DNA of 63,286 nt, counting the filler, from Raja brachyura (taxonomy: Eukaryota), in the NCBI GenBank assembly GCA_963514005.1. It is 6 parts of 5 records of this genome, joined end to end, with 100 filler letters (N's around TTAATTAATTAA, not from the genome) between each part and the next. Parts side by side here need not be neighbours in the genome. Positions count along the whole stretch, not along the records: positions 31,217 to 46,331 come from OY740812.1; positions 46,432 to 51,641 come from OY740808.1; positions 51,742 to 56,049 come from CAUPSL010001111.1; 3 more parts are not named here. One strand, given 5' to 3'. The position numbers and the translations under genes are program-made. Below, piece by piece: positions 39,129 through 52,965 of the stretch (within the stretch, counting starts at the first letter, position 1; the number at the start of each line of letters is the position of its first letter). The notes beneath the pieces are model-generated. The model was not told the DNA's origin. It was given only the letters and a program-made list of their open reading frames with translations, and searched no databases.

Positions 39129-39444
39129 TAACTAGCATTACACCGGTTACGTGGTGAATCTCGAGGTTTCCACAAATTAAATGCACGCGTGGATTTATTT
39201 TGGGAACAACCTTTCACGTACTTACATTGTCCAGGTCTGGTTCACGATGACTATATAAACATCAATTGGATACTTGTTTGGGGCGTTCACGTTGTATGGC
39301 CTGTTTCTCTCTCGGTTAATAATTTATTATCTAATTCTTCGCATCGTTTAATATCATTCGAGTCCAAAATGCATCCATCTGCATTTGACCTTAAATTGAA
39401 TTATTCATCGATTGTTGCTGCGTGTTGAAAAATAGCGACTGAGT

Positions 39445-39730
39445 TTAGACTTTACAGAGACCGTGGACACAGGTTTTTCGGGCCCACGGTGTCCGCGCCG
39501 ATCAGCGATCACTTGTGCACCAACACTAGGGACAATTTACAATTTTACAGAAGTCAATTAACCTACAAGCGTGCGCGTCTTTGGAGTGTGGGGGGGAAAC
39601 CGGAGAACCCGGAGAAACCCCACGCGGTAACGGGGAGAACGTACAAACTCCGTTCAGACAGCGCCCGTAGTCAGGATCGAACCCGGGTCTCTGGCGCTGT
39701 GAGAGGGCAAGTCTATTGCCGCGCCACCGT
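39445..39730 (-). mobile_element. tRNA-derived V-SINE (HE1-like); further copies at about 51055-51258 and 58880-59070
   Basis: Minus-strand head GGTGGCGC..., B-box GGGTTCGATCC, and V-domain core GGAGTTTGTACGTTCTCCCCG...GGGTTTCTCCGGG. Confidence 0.75.
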
Positions 39731-42700
39731 ACAGTTACTAAGTTAAGTGCACCGTACTAAGTTAAGAAATTAGTCTGTCAATAGTTTGAAGACTGCTTTG
39801 ATCGAGTGCATATTTCCTGCTCCTGGGCTCAGTAAGCCGAGGATCATAATGGAGGCAAATAGGTGAAGAGACTTAATATAATTTCTTCTTTCTTTGTGAT
39901 TGTGAATAATCCTGCGGCCTATTCCACGATTGCCTGGACCTAATTAGTGCATATTTCGGAGCGTAGCAGAAGGGTTTTACCGTGGGATTTGGAATTTGAG
40001 ACGTTAAACTAGCGGTGGTAATCAAGGATAAATTCAGATCGAATTTCCATTTTGAGTGTGGCGGTCCCAGGAACACGCAAACATCTGCGCACTTGTACCA
40101 GGCTTATGGGTCGGGACAATACTTACTCCAGTGTCTCCCGCTCAAGGCAATTAAATTGCATTTTTAAAATCATATTACACGCCTATTGTAGGGATCTCAA
40201 ACACTGGGTGTTTCATTGTGGTTCTCGTTATTTCTCATCATGGGGCATTTTGATTTATTTCAACCTGGCCTTCACTATGTGAATTGATGCCAACGTCTCT
40301 TAATACATGGAGATGGTAAACCAAAATCATTCTGCAATTGCAAAATTACAGTCTAAATTTTTTTTTAAATCAGGAACGAATACAATAAAATTATATACTC
40401 GTTCTCACCTAGTCCACAGCTAACAATTACCTGTTTCCTTTATCATTGTTACTTTTCTACATATCATTCATTTATTTGTTTTATATATCGCTACATCACC
40501 GTCTATATCTCTCGTTTCCCTCTCCCCTGACTCTCAGTCTGAAGAAGGATCTCGACCCGAAACGCCTCCTACTCCTCTTCGCCAGAGATGCCGTCTGACC
40601 GGCTGAATTACTCCAGCTTTTTGTGTCTATCTTCGGTTTAAAAGCAGCATCTGCAGCTCCTTCCAGCACATAATAAAATTCACGTATGCATGCTGCATTT
40701 AGCAAGTACAGCGTCCAAAATTGTGAGGTTTGTGTGATTAATTATTTGAGAATGTTCCGAGATCGAGCATCGTATGCTCCTCACAGAACCTGGCAAACCA
40801 ATAAAGATTATTTACTGAATTTCCAACATTATTTTACCTGCATTTGTAATAAGATTTTGCGTTTCGAAATAAGGAAACTGAATCCACCAACTCGGCCGAG
40901 CCACAAATAATTTATTACAATGTTAATTCATATTGCTAACTAAATTTCTGAAGCTAAAATTAATAATTAAACTTCCATTTGTTTTAGTTATTGATTTGAA
41001 ACGATCCGTGAGCTCGAGTCATTCGCCTCCTTGGTTCCCAATGAGTTGTTAGGGGTTGTGATACCACATTCCTCCTCGTGATCTGTTTATGTCTCTCGGT
41101 GTACCCATTACGCACTGCCTTTATGACTGAAATCAAGCATAATAAAGGTGTGAATGTGAAAAATGTGACTGAAATGGCAGCAATTCAGTCAATGTTTAAC
41201 TTAAACCACACAAGGAACCATATGAGTTATTCTCTGGCCTGCAAAGAGAATAACTCCTTTAACCCAGATGCTCACAAGGTAGAATGTTAACTGACCAGAG
41301 CAAACAATCCCCAGGAAGAATGTTTTATATGTACCCACTAAGAAAACAAAATTACTTTAAAAGTAGACTGTGCTGTTACACATTTATAATATATTGTACG
41401 AAAAAACAAAATCCTGGCCATAGTTGCCACGAAGCCAGAATTTGTTTCCAACAATAGGTCAGGCAAAAGTAATCATATCTAAATAGAACAATCAATATAT
41501 GAAATTGAAAGCATGCTCATAAGATGAACGGTCTCGACCCGAAACGTCACCTATTATTTTCCTCCATAGATGCTGCTTGACCCGTGACTCGAGCGGTTTT
41601 TATCCATCTCAAAAAGACAGAACCCTGATTCGGAATACAATTCTCTGCATAAGTATCTGCCTATCGGGTTTGGTTTCACGTCTAGACCTTCCCTTGAGTG
41701 CATGGATGTTATTTACTCGTGTATTTCATGTAACAGCGATGTCTCCGCTCTGAGCACTACCTCTGACACATCCTCCTCCTAAATTCTTTGTTTGATTTGT
41801 TCATGAACATCTTTTATCGCTCATGACCATTTAATCACACATGGCCCGTTGTTTCGCCAACCCAATGAAACACTTTCTATATCAGTCTTCTAAATCCTCC
41901 CCTATTTGGCATTGAAACAAACGCTGTCATTTTTTTCTTGTTGATGCCAAATTTTGATTTCTGTTGATATCCTTGTAAATCCTTTTTCCACCTTCCAGGA
42001 ACTTCGGTCGTCTAGTTGTTTACATCGTTTTCTGGCGTGATCGATAGATCTTTGGTGGATGGGACAATCAAAGGATACATGGATCGGAACTGGGGTGGCG
42101 GTGGATTAAACCAGGTGGGCAGAATAGACTTCTTTGTTTTCACCATCTTATCACGTTACTTTTCACCTTAACCAGAGCAAAAGCATTTTTACATAATATT
42201 CCACGATAAATGTTTGTGCTGCAATCTTGCGCTAAACCCCAAGTGGTGGAAGAACGCAGCGGGTCAGGCGGCATCTGTGGAGGTAAATTGTCTGACTATC
42301 CATTTCCATCCACAGATTTGCGTGACCCGCTGAGTTCCTCCAGAACTTCATGTTTTGCTCAAGATTGCAGCATTTGTATTGACTTGAATCAGCGCTGGGA
42401 TGCGGGTTTCTATCTCAATTGCCAGGCAAGTTCATTTCACATAATCTCTTAAATAATTATTTTTTTACCATTAATGCGAAATTTGCCATGTTTTTCTCAG
42501 AACCGCAAGCAACAAACATACTATCAACTTTGACTTGCATGGTTAAATAGACTCGAACATTAGTGCACCCGACTCTCCAACCTTTATAGCAACTAATATA
42601 TATATATATAGTGTTTATTTGTCATATGTGGGCCCGTAATTACAATCTAGGAGCAAGCTAGTAAGTTATTGCATATTCCAACAACTTCCATCCCCTACCA

Positions 42701-45700
42701 CCTCCAAAAACAAACTCCACCCATCCTCAGAACCACCATCCCGAGTTGTACGTCATCTGAGAGTGGCAACATTGCCACTCCAAACTCGTGGCAACGTTGA
42801 TTGTGTATCTATCTACATGTTGCAAAACAAATGCCCCATCATGGATTCCTGCGGGAACCACTTCCCACTTCTTCGGCCGAAAACCTCCTTTAAACACAAT
42901 AGTGTAATTGTTCCAGCATTCTGCTCTGCGAGATTATTCCACATCTGCCAATCGCTTCTACTCATTAATTAACATGTAAAAAACATGTTTTGTCTCTATC
43001 GTATTTCTTTTCAACCGTACATCGTTGTGACTTGCACTGGACGCTATTTTGTAGTAAACGTTATATCCTTTATCCTGTGTCTGTACACTGTGGACGGCTT
43101 AACTGTAAAGCATGTGTAGTCTTTTCGCGGACTGGATGACATGCAGCAGAAACCCCTTTCACTGTACCTCGTTACACGTGACAACACTAAACTAAACTGA
43201 ATCTAAGCAAAGATCAGCACTAGACCGATTGCCAAATGGAAAATAATCAATTACCGATGTTGAGGAAACACTTCCCCCATCCTTCAAGTTTAAACTCGGA
43301 AAAATACGAAATGGTGAGGACACGAGTTTATTCTGTGTTTCCTATACTGGTAAAGATGTAATGCAAGAACATTTGTTCTGAACAGTTCGCTGCCATTGAA
43401 ATTGATAAATGTTAAAAGCAATACAATCGGTCACTTTAAATCTAAAACGCTTAAAGATGGGAAGTGAGAAATGTCTTCAGATTTGTTATTATTGTCAAAT
43501 GGAAAGAATCAGATAATTCCTGCCCTTGGCTCAACGTTTAGCCGGAAAACTGTTTAGTTTAAGGCAAAGACTAGCATGTTGTAAGATACTCAGCTAAAAC
43601 AAATTGGACGGAAAAAATATCCCAGTCTGTGGGTATTTCCAGTATGGATTCTGTCCCCAAATTTAAGCAAACGACTTAATCTTGAAAACAATTAATGTTT
43701 ACCATTGGTACACAAAAAGCTGGAGAAATTCAGCGGGACTGGCAGCAGCATCTAAGGAGCGAAGGAGATAGACGACGTTTCGGGTCGAGACCCTTCACCA
43801 TTAATGCCTGTTTTGCTTTTTCACTCAGAACCACATCCAACAAACATACAATTAAATGAATCGTGATTCATTTTTCAAGGCATCGATAGTTTGAGAAATA
43901 GGAAACACCCTCCTGCATAGCAAACCACTTTCCATCGTACGTTTTATAGTTTTGTTATCCTCTGACAGAAATAGAACCGTGTTCAAATTGCAATGAGGAT
44001 TACATTAATTGGAATATCTTAAATCTCGACGGCTCTGTACTTTCTGACATTTAAACATTGGAGTGCAGGAGTTAATGTGGGACAAAATCATGGTGCATTG
44101 TATCGAATTGACTAGTTTTCGGCAAATAAATAAGTGAAGCCTGTGTAATTTGTAGCGTCTGCTATGAATATTCTCTATCATTGAGGTACAACAACCATTG
44201 TAACTATAGGCGCTCCTGTTGGTCTTTATTTTATAGATGGAGTGGTATTTAATGTGCGCCACGGGTTGTTCAATCCCGTGAACTGAAAATTAAACGTTGA
44301 AATTTACTTTCAATACTGAAGAGAAAATAATGCACTTTCTTGTAAGGGGCCTTCAGAATTATTTAGTACCTTCGGAATTATTTCTAAATTGTAATCCGCC
44401 AGTGTATTCATAGTTACGGGTTTTACATTCTGGCCAGGAATGTCAACATTATACATCTTGTATCAGGATATCCCAATGACAGAGGATTACATGGTAGTCT
44501 CCGTTTAAAGAATTTTTAAAACTCGAATCACTACAGATGTGTTCGTGTCTTCGGCGTTTGACGATATTTACAAATAGCAGCCGTTCAAGATCTGGTCCCT
44601 ACCCAGAGACGATCTTGCTTCTTTTAAAAGTTAAAAGCCGTATGAGGAATTTAGCAGCGCGACTGCAACTGAAAATATGCTTAGGCTACTGACTCCGGAC
44701 ATTTTAAGGGAGCAAGTAAAGTCTAGTCTCCAACGTAGTTTTTCCTCATCAAATAATATTAATAAAAACACAACATTTTTCAGAGGGAAATCCTACCACT
44801 GCTTTCACCAAAAACTGATAACAAATCCGACTCAATCTGTCAAATAAACTTCAGGTCCCTGATTAAAAGCTTTTTTTGGCCTTTATTTATGTAAAGATCT
44901 CTTTATCTGGCCCACTCTCTCGCTCTCGACCGCCAAGTTTGATGTTGTTATAAGAGGCACCGCTGTCTCTGTCTTTTTTTCTCTGCTGCCAGTTGTCTGC
45001 AAGCACATAAAGTTCACACAGACAGACAGGCAATAAAGCCCCCGGCTGCTGTGTGCGTTCTTTATACAACGCCTTGGGATAAATCGCAAGCTTTAAAGCT
45101 GCATCAGCGCAACCGTGAGATTGGTATTTTCGCTGGAGCCCTCACTCACAATCTACCCACGATCTCTCCCTCTCTCTCTCTGACTCACATCTCTTCATAT
45201 TTCTCCACTGACAGTTCCCTTTCGTTACTGGGCTAGACTTGAATAAAACTAAATGCAAAAAAAAACAACCCATGTCTCCGTGAAAACAGACCGGTCAATT
45301 AATTGTACTTGATCATGGATGTTTGTCATGGCGTTTTCAAAGTTTAAACTGGCAACGGATAACATGTCTGACATGTCTCCTTGCGCAAGTATCCGAGTGT
45401 TTCAACTGTTTGGATTGATTGAGAAGAAATGCCTTGTAGGAATTTGGTTGCCTCCGCCGGCGCTTTCGCCCTTTATGACCACGACGACCGGCCTCAAATG
45501 ACTGAACTTCTGTTGTTATTTTTGTCGCCCACTTGTTTTCTCTCCCGCTGTCTCTAACCTTGAAACAGGACCAGAATTAAACGTTATTCCCTGGACGCAG
45601 TCCCCCATGGAACGCACCGGTCGCACCTTCTGGAGCGGATGTTTATCCCTGTGAAAGTTTAAAGTGCTGGAAACTCGAGTAAGAAATCAATTCTATGGCC

Positions 45701-47829
45701 CGGATTTGTCCGAGGAGGTCAGTTCATAAATGTTTCTTTATTTGAGAACAAAGCGCCATTTCACTAACGCAGAGAAAGCTGCATCGCCAACACACACGGA
45801 CTAAAAGCACACGTAAATTTAAAGTAAAAGGTGTCAGTACAAAGTGTGGCAGGAGCCTTAATATTGAACAAATATGAGCCAAAAACAACAACAAAATGTG
45901 TAGGAAAGATCTGCACATGCTGGTTTAAATCGAAGATAGACACAATATGCTGGCGTAACTCAGCGGGACAGGCAGCAGCTCTGGAGAGAAGGAATGGGTG
46001 ACGTTTCTGAAGGGTCTCGACCCAAAACGTCACCCATACCTTCTCTCCAGAGACGCTGCCTGTCCCGCTGAGTTACTCCAGCACTTTGCCTCCAACAACG
46101 ACTAAATGGTTCTAAAAACGCTCCGAAGGTCACGCAGCATCTGCGGAGACAAGGACCATTGGGTGGATTAGGACTTGTACTAAACCTCGCATTTAATAGT
46201 TTGTTCATATATTTATATAGAATGCATAAATCCTCTCTAGTTATAATATGGTTCTACGCGACACGACATCCGACCACGTGATCGCAGAGAGCTGCTACAT
46301 TATTTTTGGCGGGCTTATAGGTTTAAGGTTTNNNNNNNNNNNNNNNNNNNNNNNNNNNNNNNNNNNNNNNNNNNNTTAATTAATTAANNNNNNNNNNNNN
46401 NNNNNNNNNNNNNNNNNNNNNNNNNNNNNNNTAAAGTTACAAGCTTTAAAGGGTGCCTTTTACTAATACAATTAAATACGGACAATTATCCTTTTGTGGT
46501 GGATTGAGTGGTCTTGTTTCAATATCTTCACTGCTACTCCTGGCACATTTGTAACTCAATTAGACAGTGAGAGGTTTCTGAATAAATAAACCACAGTAGT
46601 GAAGAAGTCATGCCACGACTACAGAAGTGCACACCTGGCTATTGATGTGGTTTGGGTGGAAAATTGTTTACATATTGTATAAGCAATCCGGCAAAATGGG
46701 GCAAGACTCAAAGTTCTAAAGCTGCTGTGAATCAGCCTTTCCTCATGATGTTTAAGAAAATGCGGCCAATGGTTATGAAATCGATGATACTCGTGTTGAG
46801 TTACGAAGGTTGCAGAGTGTCAGTCTGAGTGATATCTCTTGAGCTTCTGCATAGCATCACTGGTGAAGTGCAGGCAGCTGAGTCAGAGTGGGCTGGAATG
46901 GGAGGGTATCTCGCCAACAAGCCTGCAGACAAAATAGGGTGTTTTGACAATTGTAAATTGGGTGATTTTGCTGAACACCTCTCATCATAATAAAGACATA
47001 AATCCAGGATCATTTTGAATGACTTCAATGCATGAGTTCGCTAGCAAATAAATATATTAACTGAAATAGCTGTTTTAAGTAGAAAATACTCAAAATGTTT
47101 ATATTGCCATCTTACACTGCCCTCAAGTGGTGTCAACAAGTAAGTGGCACTCTTCATTTTTAAACCAGATTTGGTTGGTTCTCTCAAGACTTCAATTAAA
47201 ACTCAAGCTATTCTGTACAAAAGACAAAAGGAGAGGGATGAGTTTCCATGACATGTATTAATAAAATTCCATTTTACACAGATTAGTTCAGGAAATATAT
47301 GATGCAGTACAATATATATGACCTGATCTTTGTTTTCTTAAAAAAGAGTGACAAAGTGCCTGACTAACTCAATGGGTCAGGCAGCACCTCGTGAGAATCT
47401 GAATAGGTGACAATTCAGGTTGGGACTCTACTTCAGTATTTTCTACATAAAACAGCTATTTCAGTTAATATATCTATTTGGTCAGAAGAAGGATTTGAAA
47501 CATCGTCTATCCACGTTTCCCAGATATGGATGCCTGACCCGCTGAGTTACTCCAGCATGTTGTCCCTTTTTTTGTAAACTAACATCTGCAGTTCCTTGCA
47601 TTTGGTTTCTTATCTTACTGTTACTAAAGGTTATTCACTGATACAGGGGGATAATTAGTATCCATTTTGGTTCTGTGCATTCTGATGAGACTTGGATGGA
47701 ATCAACGAAACATTCCGAAGATGGTGCATGAGGTACACAACAGGGCAGGTAGCCAGGTAATTTGAGGGAATTTACTCCCAAAGTTTATAATGCATGGCTG
47801 CTGTTTATTCTTCAAGCCCACACTCAGGG

Positions 47830-48230
47830 TTCTCAAGTTTAGAAGGATGAGAGGGCATCTCATTGAAACGTATAAGATTGTTAAGGGTTTGGACACGCGA
47901 GAGACAGGAAACATGTTCCCGATGTTGGGGGAGTCCAGAACCAGGGGCCACAGTTCTAGAATAAGGAGTAAGCCATTTAGAACGGAGACAAGGAAACACT
48001 TTTTCTCACAGAGAGTGGTGAGTCTGTGGAATTCTCTGCCTCAGAGGGCGGTGGAGGCCGGTTCTCTGGATACTTTCCAGAGAGAGCTAGTTAGGGCTCT
48101 TAAAAATAGCTGAGTCAGGGGATATGAGGAGAAGGCAGGAACGGGGTACTGATTGGGGATGATCCCCATTATCACATTGAATGCGGTGCTGACTCTACGG
48201 GCCGAATGGCCTACTCCTGCACCTATTGTC
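47830..48230 (+). mobile_element. CR1 LINE 3' fragment
   Basis: ORF 47790-48113 (RGHLIETYKI...FSQRVVSLWNSLP) plus the CR1 3' UTR. Confidence 0.88.
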
Positions 48231-48470
48231 TAATACCACCCAAAACACTCTTTATCTACTTTGAGCAGATCAGCCAGATATTCCAAAGTAACTCAAGTAC
48301 ATAGCTAGGTTAGCATTGACATAATACTGCAAGATAATAATGCAAGAAGGTACGTTTTCATCTGCTGCCTCTCATGATTCATTTGCCAATAGCTCTCCTG
48401 CCACTTGCCAGAGGTCTAATCTGCAATAAAAAATTGACAGATTAGGGATAACGTTGAATCAATATATTCA

Positions 48471-49330
48471 TCAAGTTTTATTCATCACTTGTACATACTG
48501 TGCAGTGAAATGAATTTGCCAGCAGCGGTACAATAAAAAAGAACACACAATACACGATAAAAATGTAACACAAATATCCGTCACAGCATTCATCACTGTG
48601 GTGGAAGGCTTAACATTTGGCCAGTCCTCCTCCATTTTCCCCCGTGGTCGGGACCACAACCCTCCACAGTCGCGGCTGCGGGCGTCCAGATGTGTAGACA
48701 AGGTAAGTCCAGGTAAGTCCTGAATCAGTACTGCCCCACCGGAGACCGCAGCTTCAAGATGGTGTAGGCTGTAGGCCGGCTGTCGAAGGTCTAATGTCCC
48801 CGCCGTGCCGCAGCTAGAAGCACCGCAGGACCGGTGGTCGGAGCTCCTCTCCGCTGGCCCGCGGTTAGAGTAGGCGGCGGGCCAGCGGTCGGAGCTCTTC
48901 TCCTCTGGGATCCCTCGTTGGGGATCCCAGGCTCCGGACGTAGCGCCAGCCTGAAGCCGCAGACCGCGGCTTCAGGCTGTTGCGGGCCAGCGAACGGAGC
49001 GCTGCCTTCCAGCGACCCCCGGCGAAGGCTCGCCCGCTTCACAACGAAAGAGTCCTCACTGTGCCCGCTTCTGAAGCCCCGGGCGTGTCTCCGGGAAAGG
49101 CCGCACTGATGCTCGATGTTTGACCACGGGGGAGGCGACATGGAACAAGTCGTCTCTCCGTGGAGGAGGCGACCAAAACGGTTTCCCCCTTACCCCCCCC
49201 CATACCACCCCACACACAAGACACACAGAGAAACATTAAAAACACACATTAGGACACACTAAAAAAAGAAAAAAAAAAGAAAAAGCTAACACCTCCGGCA
49301 GGACTGCCGGCACGCAGCGCTCTCACCGGC
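48471..49330 (-). repeat. Unclassified GC-rich interspersed repeat
   Basis: Shares blocks such as AAACGGTTTCCCC with the insertion at about 8745-8945; the composition shifts abruptly from the AT-rich flanks. Confidence 0.45.
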
Positions 49331-49879
49331 CAATCATGCACACATGCCTGTATGTTTAACGCAGGTTGTAAAGTAAAATTGGGGTCAAGGAAAGAGCATT
49401 CATGTCGCGGCCCTGTTTCCACCAATCTTTCCACCACGACGCACAAGAAGCGCAAGACAGACACCATTGTGCAAATGCCCAGAAGTGTGTTGATCAGCTC
49501 TGAACAACTTCTAATCTAGATAAGAAGAAAGCAAAATTGTAATCATTGTTTTCTGGATAAAAATGCAACTTTTGCATCTATTCAAATTTGTATCCTACGT
49601 CAAGGAAGAGAGAAAATTTGAATTATAGCGAATGGAAGATTATAGTTTTTATGATGTGGTTCTACAGGATTTTTACAAGTGTTTTGGGGATCATATAACA
49701 CATAGCATTCCATTTTCTGTGAAAACTCTGTGAACTTGATCACAAAGAATTTTAAAGCACATGTTTCTCATTGAAATTAAATAAACTTCAAATCAGCTGT
49801 ACAGCAATTCAACATTAAAACTCCAATAACATGTAATAATAATGCATCAGTGTATGTTGGAGTACAAAAAAATAGCTGC

Positions 49880-50360
49880 TGTAAGTACAAAAGTAGACAC
49901 ATATTGCAGTAACTCAGCGGGGCAGGCAGCATCCCTGGAGAACATGGATAGGCGGTGTTTTGGGTTGGGACCCTTTTTCAGTCTGATTGTGGTGGGGGAG
50001 TGGGGGGGGGGGCGGTTGGGGAGCAACTAAATTGGAAGGAAGGTAGGGACAGGACAAAGAGTGGCACATAATTGGTGGGTACAAGTGAGAGTGTTTTTTG
50101 ATTAGCAGATGGTTGGACAATGGCCAGAAGACAAAAAGTGTGGGATATGCAGACAAGGAAAGAAGAGGCGTGCAATGTGAAGTCAGAGAAAAGAATATAG
50201 TAGGATGAACATGAGGGAAAGGGTGAAGGGAGAAATGAGTGTGCATTCAGGTGGGGCACAGGGATGAGAGGGTGAAAAAATGTTCATCTTGATGGGTTGT
50301 AATTCAATGTTCATATCATTGGGTTGTGATCTATCCAAGTGGAATATGAGGCACAAAGAC
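49880..50360 (-). mobile_element. Penelope-like 3' fragment
   Basis: Reverse complement of the 30230-30630 region, including the ...QPNDMNIE... remnant and the pyrimidine-rich UTR. Confidence 0.7.
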
Positions 50361-52575
50361 AGTAACTTTATAATACTTTCCCCACTTAAAAAATAATGCA
50401 TTTTCTAGGAATAGGCTCACTAGAAACCCTGCCACCTGCGATTTCTGCCTATCCATATGAACCTATTTTGGATATGGACAGGTGTCAAAGCCAACTCACT
50501 TACCTAGGACTTGGAGTCTGTGGGTCTCGACCTGAAACATCACCCATTCCTTCTCTCCAGCGATGCTGAGGTACTCCAACTTTTTGTGTCTCTTCATTTA
50601 CCTAAGAGGCAATTTGCAAGACGGACGTGCCTGGCTAAGGTTTAGGCATCAGATCCTGAACCCTGAATTCAGTATGGAGTGGTCAAATTATTTTGGGACT
50701 GCTTTCAGAGATCTCTGGTCATCAGATATCATGAACAAATATCAGAGGAATTTAAGTAAACAAAATAAAAGTACACAAAATAAAACAATGCCAGCTAAAT
50801 ATCCTTAAATGTAGTCAATAATTAAAAGTATTGGTGTAGTTTAAATATACAGCATGGAAACAGACCCTTCAGGCTACTGAGTCGAGGCCAGCCACCAATC
50901 ACGTATTCACACTAGTTCTATGTAATAACAAGGAATTGAAGATGCTGGTTTACACCAAATATAGACAAAAAGTGCTGGGGGAACTTAGGCAGCAACTCTG
51001 GGGAAAATGGATAGGTGAAGTTTCATGTCGGACCCTTCTTCAGACTTTTTTAACACTAGTTCTATGTTATCCCACTTTCCCATCCACTCACTGCAAAATT
51101 GGGGCAATTTACAGCGAGCATCTTTGGGATGTGGGAGGAAAATGGAGCATCCACAAGAAACCTATGCAAACTCCACACAAACAGCACTGAGGTCAGGATT
51201 GAATCCAGGATCCTGGTCCTGCAAGGCAGCAGGTCTACCATCTGTGCCACTGCCGCCCCTTAAAGGAAGTTTATAACTACACACCTTTTATCACAGGGTT
51301 TAAACGAGATAAAGGCTATGAAGATGTATTTAAATAGTTTATTACCTCCCATTTAGAGATATACATTGACATGAAGTTTGACCCTTTTGCAAGTTCTTTT
51401 GTAACTGAAAATCATGCATTAAGAAAATAATAATGCCTCATCAAATAAGTATATTTCAGAAACTTCAAACATCTAAAAAAGATTAGTGTATGTATGTAAA
51501 ATTAACATATTTGACATGAAATATCATCTAAAATGGAGCGGGTAGGAATTCACAGATACCTATGCTTTCTATTCACTTTCACTGCCTTCTATACAGGTAG
51601 ACCTCAAGATGTACATTTAATAAGTGGCCTGTCAAAATTGTNNNNNNNNNNNNNNNNNNNNNNNNNNNNNNNNNNNNNNNNNNNNTTAATTAATTAANNN
51701 NNNNNNNNNNNNNNNNNNNNNNNNNNNNNNNNNNNNNNNNNACTCTGCCATTCAAACATGGCTAACCTATCGCTCCCTCCCAACTCCATTCTCCTGCCTT
51801 CTCCCAATAACCCATGACACACTTACTGCTAAAGATCCTGTTTTTCAGTCCCTGCACTAAAAATATCCATTGACTTGGCCTCCACGGGCGTTCGAGGCAA
51901 TGAATTCCACTTATTCACCACGCTCTGACTGAAGTAATCCCTCAGCGGGTCAGGCAGCGTCTCTGGGGGGGAAAAGGATTGGTGACAGTTCGGGTCAGGA
52001 CGCTCCAACAGTGTGTGAGGAAGGGTCGCGACCAGCAGGTCACCCATCCTTCTTCTCCAGCGACGCTGCCTGACCCGCTCAGTTACAGCAGCATTTTGTC
52101 TCCATCTTTCTATCGGACAGTCCCCCAGCTTATGGAAGGGCCGTTCGGAAGCCCGACAACAGAGGGAAAGAAGCTGGACCCGAGTTTGCTGCTGCGCGCT
52201 TTCAAGCTTCCGTGCCTTTTACTGGACGGGAGCGGGGAGAAGAAGGAATGAACGGGGCTGCCGCAAGACATTGATCATGTCGATGTTTCACCGTGGGAGC
52301 GGGAAGAAGGAGGAATTCCCTTCTAGACTCATACAGAAATTATACTTTGTGAAGTCATCTTCACTGGTACATCTTATGCAAAGGTTTCTATACATGTAAT
52401 GTCACTGTACACCCCCCGCCTCACGCTGTTATGCCTCAATGAGTTCAATATAACAGGGACATTTGATAATTGACGTGAAATGCTTTGCCAAGCTCCTACT
52501 CCTTCCCATCAATACGAGTTAAATTCAACGACCATCCCTCCATCTTGGGTGAATATAGTTGCAGTTTCCCGGCTC

Positions 52576-52597
52576 CACGCGCCATCTAGCGGGCGCT
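52576..52597 (-). promoter_or_regulatory. CTCF-binding motif next to the V RSS
   Basis: Minus strand GCCCGCTAGATGGCGCG fits the CTCF core CCDSYAGRKGGCRS; the core (52579-52592) is 24 nt beyond the nonamer. Confidence 0.6.
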
Positions 52598-52616
52598 CAC
52601 CGCAACAACCAGAGCC

Positions 52617-52655
52617 GGTTTTTGTCCGGATCCGCCGTCTCCCTGCAACAGTGTG
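52617..52655 (-). promoter_or_regulatory. V 3' RSS (23-bp spacer)
   Basis: Minus strand: CACACTG (52655-52649), 23 nt, perfect ACAAAAACC (52625-52617). Confidence 0.92.
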
Positions 52656-52965
52656 GGGTTCATGGCACAGAGATACACGGCGGAGTCGGACACCAGGGCC
52701 CCGGACAGAGTTAAATGAGACATCCTTTTGTCATTCTGCAAATCAGCGGTGAACCTCCGCGGGCATTCTGGAGACGGTTCCGCCTTTCCCGAGTAACCGA
52801 TCCTCAGCAAGTATTCAGGAGATTGCCCGCGACGCTGAATATACCAAAATATATATATACTTGAGCCGGTGTAAGTACAGTTCAGTGTTGTGGTCTGTCC
52901 TTCATCAACCGTTGATTCAGGGGGTTCCTGGGTCACTGAATCCTGCCCATTAGCTGAGGGGGGAC
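52656..52965 (-). CDS. T-cell receptor alpha/delta variable (TRAV/TRDV-like) V exon
   Basis: Acceptor atttacttctgtcag at 52966. Encodes ...QDSVTQEPPESTVDEGQTTTLNCTY...IFWYIQRRGQSPEYLL...HLTLSGALVSDSAVYLCAMNP with Cys23, Trp41 and Cys104; open frame; 23-RSS. Confidence 0.9.

Noticed and set aside
45355-45380. AACATGTCTGACATGTCT as a p53-family response element
   Set aside because: The half-sites are 9 nt apart rather than 10, and there is no supporting context.
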